From Planctomycetota bacterium (GTDB taxonomy: Bacteria > Planctomycetota > UBA11346), in the NCBI GenBank assembly GCA_038231435.1, contig JBBRLJ010000060.1, positions 1 to 26,810 of the forward strand: a stretch of 26,810 bases of DNA. The letters are read 5' to 3'. Every line of letters starts with the position of its first letter. The stretch's first letter is position 1. Of the stretch, positions 1 to 7,833 are shown piece after piece. Both the position numbers and the translations under genes were made by a program. The notes beneath the pieces are model-generated. The model saw only the letters and a program-made list of their open reading frames with translations, was not told the DNA's origin and did no database searches.

Positions 1-87
1 AAGGTCATCAAAAGGATGGCCTACGGGTACAGAGATGACGCCTACTTCTTCCTTCGCATAAGGGCAGCCTTTCCCGGAAAAGCGTGA
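1..87 (+). CDS. ISL3-family transposase, C-terminal fragment (truncated by window edge)
   Basis: Frame 1 reads KVIKRMAYGYRDDAYFFLRIRAAFPGKA*, matching the characteristic K.IKR.AYGYR...YF.L.I end of ISL3 transposases; lower GC than neighbouring genes. Confidence 0.85.
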   Translation, partial: KVIKRMAYGYRDDAYFFLRIRAAFPGKA

Positions 88-93
88 AGAACC
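1..93 (+). mobile_element. Right end of ISL3-family IS (terminal IR ending ...GTGAAGAACC at 93; possible 8-bp target AAACTTTT at 94-101)
   Basis: Reverse complement of the end starts GGTTCTTC, typical of ISL3 termini, and is followed by an AT-rich 8-mer. The left end is outside the window. Confidence 0.7.
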
Positions 94-165
94 AAACTTT
101 TTGGCCCGCAGGGACAAAAAGAAGGACGACAAAGGCCGTGGGTCCGGGGGCGGAGTCCCCGTACT

Positions 166-489
166 TCAAGCATCGTCTTCGAGAGCTTCGCACTCGACGC
201 CGGGCGAGATGCCCTCGATGCGCGTCCATTTGCGCAGGCCACCGCAGATGACCAAGGCGTCCTCCTGCGTCAATCCACGCTTCACCACTGCCTCGCCCTG
301 GCTGTGGGCTTCGTACGCAACCATCTCGGCGACTTCGACGCTGAGCCCCGCCGAGCGCTGCAGCGCGAAGATGACGACATCGAATGGCGTGGCATCGTCG
401 TTGAACAGCAGCACCTTCCAGCCGCGATCGGGGCTGACGTCCTTCTCCGGCACCACGCGTGGCGCTGGTATGGTCTCGGTATCGGGCAT
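166..489 (-). CDS. clpS: ATP-dependent Clp protease adaptor ClpS
   Basis: WKVLLFNDDATPFDVV...AYEAHSQGEAVV matches the ClpS NDD-x-T and H motifs; start moved to ATG 489 (107 aa), 8 bp after the upstream stop. Confidence 0.85.
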   Translation of the reverse strand: MPDTETIPAPRVVPEKDVSPDRGWKVLLFNDDATPFDVVIFALQRSAGLSVEVAEMVAYEAHSQGEAVVKRGLTQEDALVICGGLRKWTRIEGISPGVECEALEDDA

Positions 490-497
490 CCCCGAGG

Positions 498-1589
498 TCA
501 GCGCGGAGCGAGCCACAGCGGTGGCACCCGGGCCGGAGCCGCGATGGTGAGGATCCAGACCGCGACAGCGGCGCTGGGCCCGCACTTCGCTTCGGTGTCC
601 GCATCCACTGGCAGGGGGGTCGCTCGGCTCCATGCCGACATGGTTTGCGCCAGGTCCTTGGGCGCAGCAGCGAAATGCCAAGCGGTGAACGCCCACAGCA
701 GGCGCTCGTCCGCGGTCTTCAGCAGTTGGGCCTGCTCGACGAAGTAGAGCTTGGGGTCGACGGTTGGATTCTTGCCGGCGAGGGCATCGAAGTACCACGA
801 CCACATGTCGCTCTTGAGCGCTCCGCGCACCAGCACCGGGTTCTGGGGTCGGGTCTTCGCCGGAAACAGCGACAAGCCGAATGCCTGCCAGACCGCGGCC
901 TTGCCATCGACCATGTAGGAGTCCTTGGATTCGGCCAAGGCGCTTTCGGGCAACTCGTCGGCGTCGAGCAGCGTCACCAGAGCCAACGACCGGCCGAGCG
1001 GACTCCGGCCCCGGAAATCCTTGCTCTGGTCGATCAGCCAGGCACGGGACTTTGCAGCTGCTGTGACCACTGCGGCGTCCTTCGGATACGCCTGCAGCGC
1101 GAGAGTCATCAGCGCAGTGGCGGCGAGCGGGTCGGCGCCAGGGAAGGTGCCCTCGGGCTTCTGGGTGGCGACGATGGCGGTCTGCGCCGCCACCAGTTGA
1201 GCGACATCCGCCCCGAGCCCGCCGACGAGGACGCCGGCGTTGTCGCGGCGCCAGGCGAGCCGCTTCTGGTCGCCGACCGGCGCCGCCACGATCGCCGGAG
1301 GCGGAATTTCCTGCGGCAAGATCGATCCGAGTTGCGGAGGAGGCAGATCCGCGAGCGGCATGGCGGGCACGATCAGGGCGCGGAACACCACCACGCAGAC
1401 CAGCAGGAATCCCGCCAGGGTCACGGCGCTGCGCCCCGAGTTGAAGATCGCATCGTCGCGATTGCCCTTCTTGGTCGTTTCGATCGAGCCCATCACCTGG
1501 GCGAGCTTCACCTCGAGCTTGGCACCGCAGGCGCGGCAGAAGCGCGTACCGAGGGGATTGTTGTTGGAGCAGGTCGGGCAGACGATCAT
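498..1589 (-). CDS. Zinc-ribbon membrane protein with C-terminal helical (prenyltransferase-repeat-like) region
   Basis: N-terminal CPTC...FCRACG zinc ribbon, one TM (AVTLAGFLLVCVVVF), Pro-rich linker, then a QKPEGTF...ATALMTLALQA...AWL segment resembling a degenerate Q..DG.W repeat. Confidence 0.7.
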   Translation of the reverse strand: MIVCPTCSNNNPLGTRFCRACGAKLEVKLAQVMGSIETTKKGNRDDAIFNSGRSAVTLAGFLLVCVVVFRALIVPAMPLADLPPPQLGSILPQEIPPPAIVAAPVGDQKRLAWRRDNAGVLVGGLGADVAQLVAAQTAIVATQKPEGTFPGADPLAATALMTLALQAYPKDAAVVTAAAKSRAWLIDQSKDFRGRSPLGRSLALVTLLDADELPESALAESKDSYMVDGKAAVWQAFGLSLFPAKTRPQNPVLVRGALKSDMWSWYFDALAGKNPTVDPKLYFVEQAQLLKTADERLLWAFTAWHFAAAPKDLAQTMSAWSRATPLPVDADTEAKCGPSAAVAVWILTIAAPARVPPLWLAPR

Positions 1590-1605
1590 GGCTGGTCCGT
1601 TCGGG

Positions 1606-2850
1606 CTACAGGGTCAGGGCGTCGCTGTAGACGATGCGGTTGCCCGCCCGCACTTCGATGCTCACGGATCCGGTGAGCGCGGTATCGATGGCGATCAGGC
1701 TGGCGTTGCGCGTGATCTTGTCCGCCGCGACGTCGACTCCATTGAGCTTCACGATGATCGCGCTCTTCGGCACCATGCCCAGGTCGTTCGAGAGCTGAAA
1801 TGCGATCAGTCCCTTGCGGCAGCGCGCTTTCGAGGCGCGCGGCGCCAGCGTCGCATCGGTCATGCCGGCCTTCGCCAGTTCGGCCACGTCGCCTTCCTGG
1901 TTGAGGATGGCGCTGCGCATCGGACCAAGCGCGGTGGGTGGCATCTTCGGCAAAAGGAGCTTGGCTAGATCCATGCGGCCGGCGTCGAAGCAGCGGCGCG
2001 CGAGCCCGGCGATGTCCACGCCGGAGTCCTGGGCGGCGGCGGCCTGGACCTGGAGCTCGAGCAGTTTCTCGGGCGAGCTCGATGGGTTGATCCCCAGGAC
2101 GACAGCGTCGAGCTGTGCGGCGCGCTCACGGGCCATGCCCGCGAGCGAATGCGCGATCGCCTGCAGTTTCTTCTTGTCGGTGACCTGCTGCGCCAGGCCT
2201 TGCAGGCGGGGCAGATCGCATGCGGGATCGAGCGCGCCAGCGACGAATTCGAGGGCACGACCCTCGGGGTGCGAGGGCATCAGTAAGGCGAGCACGCCGG
2301 CCGCCTCGCGCACCAGGACCGGATCTTGCACGCGCAGCGCTGCCTGCAGCTGGGCCACGTACGTCATCACCAGGACCGAGTAGTGCGGGGCCGAATCCTT
2401 CGGCAGCACGATGGAGGCGGGCGGCGAACCCTTGATCAGCTCGGTCAGCGCCTTCAGCAGAACGCCGTCGGCGCCGGCGATCTCAGGAGCGCCCTCGTGC
2501 TTGCGCGCGATCAGGCTCAGCGCTTCGGCGGTGCGCACCAGCTGCTGCTGTTCGCCCTTGGTCTTGCGCTCGAGCGTCTCGAGGCGCGCGTAGTCCGGGT
2601 CCTTGGCGATGTCGATGTCGAGCAGCACGGCGGCGGGCTCGTTGGGCAGCGCGCGGGCAGCCGAGGAGGCTCGGCTCTTCGCGGCTTCGGCGTTCCCCTC
2701 CATCAAGCGCGAGCGCGCGGTGCCGATATCGCTTATGCCGGTCCAGCGGTTCCACGAGCTCATGGCGAGCGTGATGCCGATGATCAGCAGGATCGCCGCG
2801 AGCAGCAGCTGCGCGAAGCCGAGGTTGCGGGTTCCGATGCGATCGATCAT
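1606..2850 (-). CDS. Hypothetical membrane-anchored protein (alpha-helical body, beta-rich C-terminus)
   Basis: ATG 2850 overlaps the upstream stop (ATGA); N-terminal hydrophobic helix FAQLLLAAILLIIGITLAM; 414 aa of protein-like composition. Confidence 0.7.
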   Translation of the reverse strand: MIDRIGTRNLGFAQLLLAAILLIIGITLAMSSWNRWTGISDIGTARSRLMEGNAEAAKSRASSAARALPNEPAAVLLDIDIAKDPDYARLETLERKTKGEQQQLVRTAEALSLIARKHEGAPEIAGADGVLLKALTELIKGSPPASIVLPKDSAPHYSVLVMTYVAQLQAALRVQDPVLVREAAGVLALLMPSHPEGRALEFVAGALDPACDLPRLQGLAQQVTDKKKLQAIAHSLAGMARERAAQLDAVVLGINPSSSPEKLLELQVQAAAAQDSGVDIAGLARRCFDAGRMDLAKLLLPKMPPTALGPMRSAILNQEGDVAELAKAGMTDATLAPRASKARCRKGLIAFQLSNDLGMVPKSAIIVKLNGVDVAADKITRNASLIAIDTALTGSVSIEVRAGNRIVYSDALTL

Positions 2851-3329
2851 GGGAATTCCGCGATGCGCCCGCGCAGCGCCGCCGCGGGCATGGGCCCCCG
2901 CGCGACGCTGTCGGTGGAATGGGCGGTGGTGACGACGTAGACGTGGTTCTCGGGGACCACCAGGCGTCCTTCGTCGGGATGGCTGGCGAGGGGGCCGCTG
3001 CGCTTGTAGGGCGAGCCATTCACCAGCAGCTGGCCGCCGACGATTTCGACCGTGTCGCCGGGGATGGCCGCGACGTAGCCGAAACCGTTGCCGTTGGTGG
3101 ATTCGCCCTTGGTCAGCCGATAGCAGACCGCTTGGCCTTGGCTGAGCTGACGGACCGGCACGTTCTGCTCGAGCGAGTAGGTCTTGTAGTGCTCGACGTC
3201 CGGAACGTCGATCTCGCTGTAGTCGGGTGCCATGCTGGCCCGCGACAGCAGCGGCAGGAGGAAAGTCGCCGCGAGCCAGATCGCGACGATCAGCACGACG
3301 TAGACCAGGAGCTGCTTGAGGAGGTCCAT
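2847..3329 (-). CDS. Signal peptidase I (S26)-like protein, probably catalytically degenerate
   Basis: N-terminal TM, SMAP, AIPGDTVEIVGGQLLVNG, VVPENHVYV, STDS..G are S26 boxes; the catalytic Lys (KR) is absent. Confidence 0.75.
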   Translation of the reverse strand: MDLLKQLLVYVVLIVAIWLAATFLLPLLSRASMAPDYSEIDVPDVEHYKTYSLEQNVPVRQLSQGQAVCYRLTKGESTNGNGFGYVAAIPGDTVEIVGGQLLVNGSPYKRSGPLASHPDEGRLVVPENHVYVVTTAHSTDSVARGPMPAAALRGRIAEFP

Positions 3330-3498
3330 GGTGCGTATATCCCATTGAGGAGGTTGGGGTAAAGCCGTACCAGCCTTGAATAGGGCTCCGTGGTTGAACC
3401 ACCCTAGGAAGGGATTCACGGGCGCCAGGCTTGGATGAGGCGCCGGCCAGCACCTCGGCGCCATTGCAGGACGGTGCACCGAGGCCAGGATCCGGCCC

Positions 3499-4110
3499 AT
3501 GTCGTATCCAACCCATGGCGACCAGAGCCTGTTCCTGGTGCTGTCTGGCCCGAGCGGCGCCGGCAAGAGCACGCTGATCACCAGCTTCCTGAAGTCGCAC
3601 CCGGATTTCGTGCGCTGCATCAGTGTGACCACCAGGGCGCCCCGTCCGGGAGAGCGCGACGGCATCGACTACTTCTTCGCCTCCACAGACCGCTTCAAGG
3701 AGATGGTCCTCGACGGCGCGTTCATCGAGCACGCCCAGGTGTTCGGTCAGCACAGCTACGGCACGCCGCGCAGTTTCGTCGCCGAGAATTTCGCGGCCGG
3801 CCGCAACGTGGTGAAGGATGTCGACGTCCAGGGCGCGATCCAGATCCGCCGCTCGTTCCCCGCGGCCGTGCAGGTCTTCGTCGTTCCCCCGAGCCGCGAA
3901 GAGATCGAGCGCCGCCTGCGCGCGCGCGGCACCGAAGGCGAGGAAGCCATCCGCCGGCGCATGGCTGAAGCCCAGATCGAATTGATGCAGTGGGCCGAGT
4001 ACGACTACCTGGTGCTCAACGACAAGCTCGACGCCGCCGTCGCCGATCTCTCAGCCGTCGTCCGCGCCGAACAGATCAAAGCCCCCGGCCGCGGCGTCCA
4101 CCGCGTCTAA
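3499..4110 (+). CDS. gmk: Guanylate kinase
   Basis: SGPSGAGKST P-loop, TTRAPRPGERDGIDYFF, YGTP, DVQGA, VPPS. Confidence 0.97.
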   Translation: MSYPTHGDQSLFLVLSGPSGAGKSTLITSFLKSHPDFVRCISVTTRAPRPGERDGIDYFFASTDRFKEMVLDGAFIEHAQVFGQHSYGTPRSFVAENFAAGRNVVKDVDVQGAIQIRRSFPAAVQVFVVPPSREEIERRLRARGTEGEEAIRRRMAEAQIELMQWAEYDYLVLNDKLDAAVADLSAVVRAEQIKAPGRGVHRV

Positions 4111-4116
4111 CTGTCA

Positions 4117-4305
4117 GTTGGGGGGCTACGTCCCCCAACATCGCGCTCCGCGCTGCCCCCAGAAAGCGGGGAGCAGGGTGGGTAGCGGCTCGCGTATCGC
4201 GCCTCGCAGAAGAAAGTTTTCTGGCTTCCTGGGGGGCAGGCCGGAGGCCGATGTTGGGGGGCCGTAGCCCCCCCAACCGATAGCAAGTAGCCCCCCAACA
4301 AAAAG
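4117..4305. repeat. REPIN/MITE-like inverted doublet (arms 4117-4162 and 4229-4277, partial third arm 4287-4305)
   Basis: The arms are near reverse complements, each with two hairpins; related copies at 16450-16666 and 17697-17767; lies between convergent genes. Confidence 0.85.
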
Positions 4306-5163
4306 TCAGTGGGGGCCCTTCGCGACCTGCTCGCCGCAACGGCCCCCGCTGGCGGAGAAGGTGCGTTCAACCTGGGTACCGTCGAACGTGAACAGCGGGC
4401 GGTACCATTCGCTGATGCCGGTCGAGCTGGCAGGCATGTAGTGGCAGATGAAGGCGCGCCGCATGCGGTCGGCGCTGGTATTGGGATACGATCCGTGGAT
4501 CAGCGAGCCGCCGAAGAACAGGATGTCACCGGCCTTCAAGTCGACCGGGATTTCGGCGAGCCCCGCCGGCGGGCGCACGAAGTGGTCGCTGAAGGAGAGG
4601 GCCTTGTCGGCCTGTTCGGGGCAGTAGATGCCGTGGGTATGCGATCCCGGGACCACGACCATGCCCCCGTTGCCGCGATCCGCGTCCTCGAGCGCCGTCC
4701 ACGCGGCGATGCAGGTGCTGGGTTGGACGTCGAGGTAGAAGTTGTCCTGGTGCAGCGCCTGCCCGCGCGCGCCCGGCGGCTTGAAGTAATACATGCTCTG
4801 CGCGGCGATCGGTTCCTCGCCCAGGATGGCCGCGAGCGCGTCGCCGACGCGTCGGTCGAGCATGTAGCGCGTCGCCAGGGGGCCGACATCGAGGTGCGCC
4901 TGGCGATGGGGATGCATCATGCGCGGCAGCCGGGCGAGCGGATCGGTCGCGGCGGCGTTGGCATCGGGTTCGAACATGCCAGGGACCGCCCCGCGCCTGG
5001 CCTGAGCCATGAACACGGCGTTGAGCAAAGCGACCTCCTCGCGTTCGAGCACCCCACGGGCGATGGCGAAACCGTCACGAGCGAACTCCTCGGCCAAGGT
5101 CGAGAGTACGGAATCGCTGCGAGCCGGGCTGTCGATGGCGGCGATGGGCATGGACGTCTGCAT
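4306..5163 (-). CDS. Phytanoyl-CoA dioxygenase (PhyH) family Fe(II)/2OG enzyme
   Basis: QSMYYFKPPGARGQALHQDNFY (HxD), WTALEDAD..NG.M.VVPGSH, AGD.LFF.G.LIHGS..N.S...R. Confidence 0.93.
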   Translation of the reverse strand: MQTSMPIAAIDSPARSDSVLSTLAEEFARDGFAIARGVLEREEVALLNAVFMAQARRGAVPGMFEPDANAAATDPLARLPRMMHPHRQAHLDVGPLATRYMLDRRVGDALAAILGEEPIAAQSMYYFKPPGARGQALHQDNFYLDVQPSTCIAAWTALEDADRGNGGMVVVPGSHTHGIYCPEQADKALSFSDHFVRPPAGLAEIPVDLKAGDILFFGGSLIHGSYPNTSADRMRRAFICHYMPASSTGISEWYRPLFTFDGTQVERTFSASGGRCGEQVAKGPH

Positions 5164-5238
5164 GCACCGAGCGTAGCGGCCCTGGGCACGGATTGGAATT
5201 GCGGCAACCCCTGAAAACCTCTACGATCTTCCTGGGCC

Positions 5239-6207
5239 ATGACGACCGCGCGCATCCGAGCACCTGCCTCCCCGGTCTCGGCGCGGGCTCAGATCCCCGT
5301 CGCTGCCCACGCGCCCGGCGGCCCACGAGGAGCAGCCCCGACGATCGCTGACGGGCGGGTCGAAACCGGCTGGCGGTGGGTCGCGAAATGCGTCACCGGC
5401 TATTTCGACGAGGGGCCGGCGTACGCGTGCTGGCGCAGCAAGGGCACGCCCGATTGGCTGCTCACCTACACCATCGGCGGGCTCGGTCGCTACGGCCACG
5501 CGCTCGGCGAGATCGTCTGCAAACCGGGCGAGTTGGTGCTGCTGAAACCCGGGGCGCTGCACGACTATGGCGTCGAGCCCAGGAAGCAGGCGTGGGAGTT
5601 CCTGTGGACGCATTTCCATCCGCGCACCGAGTGGCTTGAGCTGCTGTCATGGCCTGAAGAGGCGCCGGGGCTGATGCGCCTCGACCTCTCGAAATCCCCG
5701 CAGCGCAAGGCGGTGGCGCGTCGATTCGCCGACGCGCACCATCTGGCCTCTGGCAGCGATCGCCGGCGCGAGGATCTGGCCATGAATGCGCTTGAGGAGG
5801 TACTGCTCTGGTGCGACGCCGCGAATCCGGTCCACGACGCGCCGCCGGACGCGCGTGTGCGCGCGGCCATGGACCACTGCTGCCGCAACCTCTCCGATGA
5901 CATCACCCTGACCTCATTGTCGCGCGCGTGCGGGCTGTCACCATCGCGGCTCTCGTACCTGTTCCAGCAGCAGGCGGGCGTTCCGCCAATGCGCTACCTC
6001 GAGCACCAGCGCTTGGCGCGCGCCAAGGACCTGCTCGAGGTCACCGCCGACTCGGTGCAGGACATCGCCGCCCAGGTCGGGTTCAATGATCCGTTCTATT
6101 TCTCGATGCGCTTCCACCGCTTCACCGGCAAGAGCCCGCGCGCCTATCGGCGCGCCGCCCAGCGCGTCACCACAGGCCAACTCGACACACCGCTACATTC
6201 CCGCTGA
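5239..6207 (+). CDS. AraC-family transcriptional regulator (AraC_binding + HTH_18); start uncertain
   Basis: Cupin-like N-domain (PGELVLLKPGALHDYG, WTHF) and C-terminal LSPSRLSYLF...IAAQVGFNDPFYFS..F....GKSPRAYR. Confidence 0.93.
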   Translation: MTTARIRAPASPVSARAQIPVAAHAPGGPRGAAPTIADGRVETGWRWVAKCVTGYFDEGPAYACWRSKGTPDWLLTYTIGGLGRYGHALGEIVCKPGELVLLKPGALHDYGVEPRKQAWEFLWTHFHPRTEWLELLSWPEEAPGLMRLDLSKSPQRKAVARRFADAHHLASGSDRRREDLAMNALEEVLLWCDAANPVHDAPPDARVRAAMDHCCRNLSDDITLTSLSRACGLSPSRLSYLFQQQAGVPPMRYLEHQRLARAKDLLEVTADSVQDIAAQVGFNDPFYFSMRFHRFTGKSPRAYRRAAQRVTTGQLDTPLHSR

Positions 6208-6853
6208 AGCACACGTCGACATCCATGCCGGGCAGGCGCGCGCGGCGGTGGTAGTCGCCGCTGTAGGCCAGCGCTCCATCGCGCTGCGTGAAATGCAGCG
6301 GCAAGGGCGAGGGATCCGCAGCGCAGGCGATCTCCGCCGGCCGCGGCGACCCGGGATCGAGGTGCGGCAGGTTCACGTTCCAGAAATGCCCGGCATCGGT
6401 CCCCGCCGCCATCAACCGGGCGATGACCGGCGCCGCTAGGCTGGTGGCGAGCCGCCAGTCCACGGTCATCCCCTTGCGCACGTAGTGCGAGACCGCGATC
6501 GACCGCCGCCCATGCAGCACCGCCTCGCGCGCGGCGGCGGCGGTGCCCGAATGCAGGATGTCGGCGCCGAGATTGCCGCCGCGGTTGATGCCTGACACCA
6601 CCCACGCGGCGTCCGGCACCAGCGCGTGCAGGGCGACGCGCACGCAATCCGCGGGCGTGCCGTCGACGGCGAAGCGACGCGGACCGTCCTCGCGGATGCG
6701 CATGGGGCCGTCGGTGGTCACGCGGTGCGAGCATCCCGACCATTCGCGCGTCGGCGCGACCACCGTCAGTTCACCGAGGCCGGAGGCGGCCTCGGCGAGC
6801 GCGGCGAGGCCGGGCGCATCGATGCCGTCGTCGTTGGTGAGTATGATCTTCAC
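6167..6853 (-). CDS. surE: 5'/3'-nucleotidase SurE
   Basis: KIILTNDDGIDAPG, GTPADCV, VSGINRGGNLG...SGT; start set at GTG 6853, which has GGAG upstream. Confidence 0.95.
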   Translation of the reverse strand: MKIILTNDDGIDAPGLAALAEAASGLGELTVVAPTREWSGCSHRVTTDGPMRIREDGPRRFAVDGTPADCVRVALHALVPDAAWVVSGINRGGNLGADILHSGTAAAAREAVLHGRRSIAVSHYVRKGMTVDWRLATSLAAPVIARLMAAGTDAGHFWNVNLPHLDPGSPRPAEIACAADPSPLPLHFTQRDGALAYSGDYHRRARLPGMDVDVCFSGNVAVCRVGLW

Positions 6854-6884
6854 GATGGGGATCTCCACGCGGGTCCAGGGACCA

Positions 6885-7667
6885 TCACGCCTCGACCCAT
6901 GGCGGCTCGGGTTCGTAATGCACGCGCTCGAGCACCAGGCCGCGCGGCGGCGCGATGTTGCCGACGCGCTCGGCGGCGCGGCCGGCGCCCACCGCCGCGA
7001 TGAACGAAGCCAGTGGCCGGCGGCCCTTGGCGACGTGGATCATCGCGCCGACGAAGCCACGCACCTGCTTGTACAGGAAACCCGTCCCGGACACACGGAA
7101 CACCAGGTAGGTGCCCATCGGTCGCGGTTCGATGCTCCAGGATGCGGCGAGGATCTCACGCACCGGGTCGTCTTCGTCGCTGTCGTCGCGGCGCAGGCAG
7201 GCGAATCCGGAAAGGTCGCGGCGGCCGACGATCATCCGCGCCATCTCGTGCAGGAGCTCGGGATGGTCGAGCTGCCGCACCCAGGCGGCATGGGCGTCGA
7301 GCACCGGCCGCGCTCCGCGCAGCACCAGGGTGTAGCGGTAGTCCTTCGAGCGCGCGTCGTGCTGGGCATGCCAGCCGTCAGGCACGGGCGCGCAGCGCGT
7401 CACCGACACGTCCTCGGGCAGGCGGCTGCCAAGCGCGGCGGCGAGGACGCGCGGATCCCAGCCGCGCTCGAACCAGGCGTCGAAAGGCAGGTGCTCGGCG
7501 CACACCTCGGCGTCGAGCCGGCTTGCGGGGCGGATCTGCACCGGCTTGCCGTCGATCTCGGCGGCCGCCGCGCCCAGCACCTGCTGCAGCGTGCGCAGGC
7601 CAGCCTGCGCCTGGCTGCCGTTGAACTTCCGGCCATCGTATTCGAGGTCGAAGGCGTAGCGGGGCAT
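6885..7667 (-). CDS. truA: tRNA pseudouridine(38-40) synthase TruA
   Basis: YDG..F.G.Q.Q, ASRLDAEV (catalytic Asp), WHAQHDA.SK.YRY, GFLYKQVR, APPRGL.L. Confidence 0.9.
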   Translation of the reverse strand: MPRYAFDLEYDGRKFNGSQAQAGLRTLQQVLGAAAAEIDGKPVQIRPASRLDAEVCAEHLPFDAWFERGWDPRVLAAALGSRLPEDVSVTRCAPVPDGWHAQHDARSKDYRYTLVLRGARPVLDAHAAWVRQLDHPELLHEMARMIVGRRDLSGFACLRRDDSDEDDPVREILAASWSIEPRPMGTYLVFRVSGTGFLYKQVRGFVGAMIHVAKGRRPLASFIAAVGAGRAAERVGNIAPPRGLVLERVHYEPEPPWVEA

Positions 7668-7676
7668 CAGGAGCGC

Positions 7677-7793
7677 GTCCGTCGTCTGTCATCCGTCGTC
7701 CGTCGTCGACAACCTGACCGCAAGCCGATGGCGGTGACTTCGACGGTCGGATGTCCGTTGTCGACGTCGCATGACGGACGACGGACGACGGAC
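7677..7793. repeat. Palindrome with tandem heptamer arms: (GTCCGTC)x4-like ... (GACGGAC)x3
   Basis: Read directly: gtccgtc gtctgtc atccgtc gtccgtc gtcgacaac ... gttgtcgac ... gacggac gacggac gacggac. Confidence 0.85.
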
Positions 7794-7833
7794 CCCCGGG
7801 TTCGCGCAGGTCCGTCCATTTCCACGCCTCGGC

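Noticed and set aside
3330..3498. ncRNA in the S26/gmk divergent spacer (palindrome GTGGTTGAACCAC)
   Set aside because: Only short palindromes; no recognisable RNA family. More simply promoter DNA.
1606..3753. 715-aa ORF as a single protein
   Set aside because: The first 301 aa overlap gmk (antisense) and the S26 gene in another frame and look non-coding; the real start is ATG 2850.
4076..4370. Small ORFs sharing peptides (MLGGRSPP, FCWG) with ORFs near 17700
   Set aside because: The similarity comes from translating the DNA repeat, not from a protein family.
6885..7667. truA as a pseudogene because of the ASRLDAEVCA deviation from AGRTDAGVHA
   Set aside because: The catalytic Asp and the other motifs are retained in a full-length ORF.
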